Assembly (NCBI GenBank): GCA_965224085.1
Contig: CBDCYI010000011.1
Location: forward strand, 1,056,001-1,120,000
Direction: 5' to 3'
Source of the DNA: Candidatus Marinacidobacterales bacterium
Lineage (GTDB): Bacteria > Acidobacteriota > Vicinamibacteria > Marinacidobacterales > SMYC01
Length of the DNA stretch: 64,000 bases
Shown: positions 61,171 through 64,000 of the stretch, piece by piece
Layout: each line of letters begins with the position of its first letter
Position numbering within the stretch: position 1 is the first letter of the stretch
The notes under the pieces: model-generated
The model's database searches: none
Seen by the model: only the letters and a program-made list of their open reading frames with translations
Told to the model about the DNA's origin: nothing
Translations under genes and position numbers: made by a program

Positions 61171-61525
61171 GGTCACCTCCTTGGTCAAGCGACTTTCGCG
61201 ATTCTAAGGCCGGACAAACCGAGCTTCAAGGGGCTTGCCGGAAGTGTCCTCACCGTGCTTTGATGCCTCGGAGCGAACGATGTCGAGACGGAGGAACGAT
61301 GAGAATTCTTTCGACTAGCCGACCCTTGCCGTTCCGGTCCCGGCGACCAGTCCTTCTGAGTCGCGGAAACGGCGTGACCGGTGCTGGCGAGCGTCACAAG
61401 GACAGAAGCCGTGCTCCTCGCACGCTCGTTGTAAAGGACAAAGAGCGAACGTTCGACAGGATCCTTTGCAGACAGCCATGACCGGTCGGCTGGCCATGAC
61501 AATAAGCTGCCTGTCATTCTTGGGC

Positions 61526-61795
61526 ATGACGAGAACCCACCGAGTTCGCCGTAGCTACGACCATAGGCTTCGCGATGCCATCGCGGCGACGGGTAACGCG
61601 TATCTGTTCCGGAACGTTCCGATCCCGGCATCGACGCGACGCACGTGGGCGCGTGGCGAGGTGCCGCCCGTGGTCGCTGCGGTCGACGTTGAGCTGGAGG
61701 TCTACGAGCTCCTGGAGCAGGTCGACAAACTACGACAGCGGATCGAAACGCAGGCAAGTATCATCGGATTGCTGGTGAGGCTGGCGCTCTCGGTG
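61526..61795 (+). pseudogene. Transposase N-terminal remnant
   Basis: RRSYDHRLRDAI...IPASTRRTW (HTH-like) followed by a coiled coil; no catalytic domain. Confidence 0.55.
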
Positions 61796-61805
61796 CGTTC
61801 GAGCT

Positions 61806-62546
61806 CTAACGTAGTTTTCGAATCAGGGCGGCAATGGGGGGAGCTGGCTGCCCGCGAAGAAAACTCTCAACACCACGAACAAGACTCTTTTGGAGCCGCG
61901 TGATGACGGCGTAGACATCGCCTGCCTTCTGCGTCAAAGAAAAATCGCACGCAGACTCATGCAATTCGGTGCCGACGAGGTTGATGAGAAGTGCCTCCGC
62001 GTTCATGCCCCCGTCGATCTCCGCGCCAAGGGCTATGAGCGTCGGCACGTCGAGTCCGCTATCCTGTTCGAACAGCCATTGGAGATCGAAGAGGTCTTTC
62101 TCGCCGCCACGGCTGACCAACGTGGCCGCTTTCATCTTCAGAAGCGTCTTCAAATCAGCGACGAAGACGCCGTCGTCGGCCGTGAGGGCTCTGCCGATCT
62201 CGAAGAGGTTCGCGTCCAAGACCACTTGAGCTGTGAAGTCATGGCCGTCCAGACGGCAGGTTGCGTGGTAAAACTGAGTCGTCGTCCGTTCGTCTTCGAG
62301 TTCGATTCCGATATCGTGAAGCGATTTCACCGCCAGCACGGCGGCCTTTTGTGCGAGCGTGTCTTCTGTGAACAAGTCGAGATCGTCGGACCGACGGTGA
62401 CCGGCGTAATACCCGGCCAGCGCGGTGCCGCCCACCAACATGCAGCCAGAAATCCCCTGTGAGAACACGTGCTCGAGCGCGCGGTGCAGGGGCGCGGGGA
62501 GGACGTCCGCGGCTAGGCGGCCTTGCGGTTTTCGTTCCAGGCCCAT
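61806..62546 (-). CDS. AbiEii-family nucleotidyltransferase toxin
   Basis: LVGGTALAGYYAGHRRSDDLDLF, MKAATL, KDLFDL; overlaps the upstream gene. Confidence 0.88.
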   Translation of the reverse strand: MGLERKPQGRLAADVLPAPLHRALEHVFSQGISGCMLVGGTALAGYYAGHRRSDDLDLFTEDTLAQKAAVLAVKSLHDIGIELEDERTTTQFYHATCRLDGHDFTAQVVLDANLFEIGRALTADDGVFVADLKTLLKMKAATLVSRGGEKDLFDLQWLFEQDSGLDVPTLIALGAEIDGGMNAEALLINLVGTELHESACDFSLTQKAGDVYAVITRLQKSLVRGVESFLRGQPAPPIAALIRKLR

Positions 62547-62983
62547 AGCGTTTCGAGCTCCCGCCGCCGCGCCGGGTGAATGTAGCTCTTGTACTTCGGG
62601 AAGTTCTTCCAAACCGATCGACCAATGGCTTTTTCCGCCGCGTGCAGGCCGTAGACTTCGACCAAACGGCCGATGGCTCGTGGGTCGGAGCGATTCAACG
62701 CGATCGCGAAGTCATCGAGGTCCGCGTAGAGGCGGTCCCAAAGTAGCGCTGCCTTGAGACGTCCGTGCACGCCCGGCTCGAAGCAGGGGAGCGGTCGCAC
62801 CAACTCCTCGACCGGGACACCCAGCACCTCGCTAACGCGAAGCAAGTGACGACTCTGGACATTGGCATCTTCCTGTTGAAACCACAGAGAAACGGCCTGC
62901 CGGGTAACGCCAACGCGGCGCGCAAGCTCCGAGCGGGACATGCGTCGGGCTTTGAGCAATGCGTCCAACGTTCGAACCCGCAT
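62513..62983 (-). CDS. XRE-HTH antitoxin/regulator with a C-terminal LLWD-type domain
   Basis: MSRSELARRVGVTRQAVSLW HTH; ALLWD...IGRLVEVYG. Confidence 0.78.
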   Translation of the reverse strand: MRVRTLDALLKARRMSRSELARRVGVTRQAVSLWFQQEDANVQSRHLLRVSEVLGVPVEELVRPLPCFEPGVHGRLKAALLWDRLYADLDDFAIALNRSDPRAIGRLVEVYGLHAAEKAIGRSVWKNFPKYKSYIHPARRRELETLWAWNENRKAA

Positions 62984-62988
62984 AGCTC

Positions 62989-63029
62989 ATCGTAGCGGCT
63001 GCTTTCCTTTGTTGTCAAGTATACTTGAC
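62989..63029 (-). promoter_or_regulatory. Sigma70 promoter with overlapping palindromic operator; probably leaderless
   Basis: TTGACA (63018-63013)-N18-TACGAT, then 5 nt to the ATG; perfect palindrome GTCAAGTATACTTGAC at 63014-63029. Confidence 0.75.
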
Positions 63030-63195
63030 TGACGCGCTTAGAGAACTCGAATAGCGGGCGGCGTTGTTACATAAGTCCGAAATATCGGCGTAACGCTTCG
63101 CTTTCCTTCGTCGACGATCAAATCCGCACCGAATCCGGCATTCCGAGGCTCGGTCATCCGATTCAGGACTTCGCACTTTCCGCCAGCCTCGGCTC

Positions 63196-63560
63196 GAAGT
63201 CCCCGACGAAGGCGACACCGCCCGCCGTCTTGAGAACGCCCGTCATGAACGGAGCCTTCTGCTCGACGCGCCAGATCTCGTCGAGCGTGGACACGTCGTA
63301 GGCCGCGAGCTTGCCGAAGAGTCCCTCCTCGCCGGGCATCGCTTTCCACATCCGCGACGCGCCCGTTCCGCCGCCGCCCGGCTTCATGGCCATCTGCCGA
63401 CCGGAAATGTCCATGCAGCTCAGACTCAACGGCGCGACGAGCAATCGATTCGCTGGGTAGAACGCGGTGGACTGCCAGTTGTGGCCACCTGCCGTCGAGG
63501 GGCATACGGTGAGCCAATCGGTGAGCCAATCGCCGACGCGGGCTTCTTGGATGTCCGCTG
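63196..63560 (-). pseudogene. Internal fragment of a PQQ-dependent alcohol dehydrogenase-like gene
   Basis: [18 protein letters not shown]...GKLAAYD...[10 protein letters not shown]; includes a 12-bp tandem duplication (DWLT-DWLT). Confidence 0.75.
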
Positions 63561-63662
63561 AGGTTGGGTCTCTCGCGTCATGCGCCGAGGTCGTCTTGCG
63601 TTGTGGCCACGGGGTGCGTCAAACTCGATCGAGACGAGAGTTGGCCGGTTTTGGGAGAGCGC

Positions 63663-64000
63663 ATGAGTAAATCCGTTCCGCGTTTTGTCGCCGCTTGTTG
63701 CCTTTTGGCGTCGCTTACCCTCTGTCGGCCTACCCTCGCGAGTGAGTTCGATATCGTCATCAACGAGATCCACTACCATCCGTTCAGTGGTGCTGACGAC
63801 GACGAGTTCGTCGAGCTACATAACCGTGGTACGACGACCGTCGACCTTTCCGGCTGGCGCTTCACGGAAGGTATCCGCTTGGTCCTTCCCGCCGGCACGT
63901 CGATGCCGCCGAAGTCCTATCTCGTCGTCAGTCCCGACGCTTCTCACACCCAATCGCGCTTCGGGATCGATCTCGTCGTCGGCAGCTACGAGGGTCGTCT
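63663..64000 (+). CDS. Exported lamin-tail-domain protein, runs off the right edge
   Basis: Read manually: signal peptide then IVINEIHYHP...EFVELHNRGTTTVDLSGWRF...SYLVV. Confidence 0.85.
   Translation, partial: MSKSVPRFVAACCLLASLTLCRPTLASEFDIVINEIHYHPFSGADDDEFVELHNRGTTTVDLSGWRFTEGIRLVLPAGTSMPPKSYLVVSPDASHTQSRFGIDLVVGSYEGR

Noticed and set aside
1-64000. tRNA, rRNA or prophage genes
   Set aside because: None recognised by eye; small RNAs could be missed without covariance-model searches.

Overview
A GC-rich bacterial chromosome segment. ADOP-type permease remnants, many exported peptidases/amidohydrolases and RidA paralogues suggest Acidobacteriota, possibly Vicinamibacteria; this is inference, not proven. 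The window is mostly accessory metabolism and envelope genes: xylA, pepQ, yfbR, a haloalkane dehalogenase, M13/M14/M28 peptidases, a TonB receptor with a Fur-like box, and two cytochromes c. It also holds one complete ISAzo13 element with IRs and a TAA duplication, and two toxin-antitoxin pairs. About a third of recognisable loci are broken by nonsense codons, frameshifts, internal deletions or gene-fragment fusions, while several very long genes are intact, which points to real genome erosion. A 2.64-kb inversion (38588-41225) can be reconstructed because it splits two genes that rejoin when it is reversed. The best novelty candidates are a 595-aa 'hypothetical' carrying the full GlpX (class II FBPase) motif set, a tandem array of secreted Fam20C/Four-jointed-like kinases, a secreted triple-RidA protein and a cytochrome with a contracted CXCH haem motif. 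All family calls are by-eye motif recognition; no searches were run.
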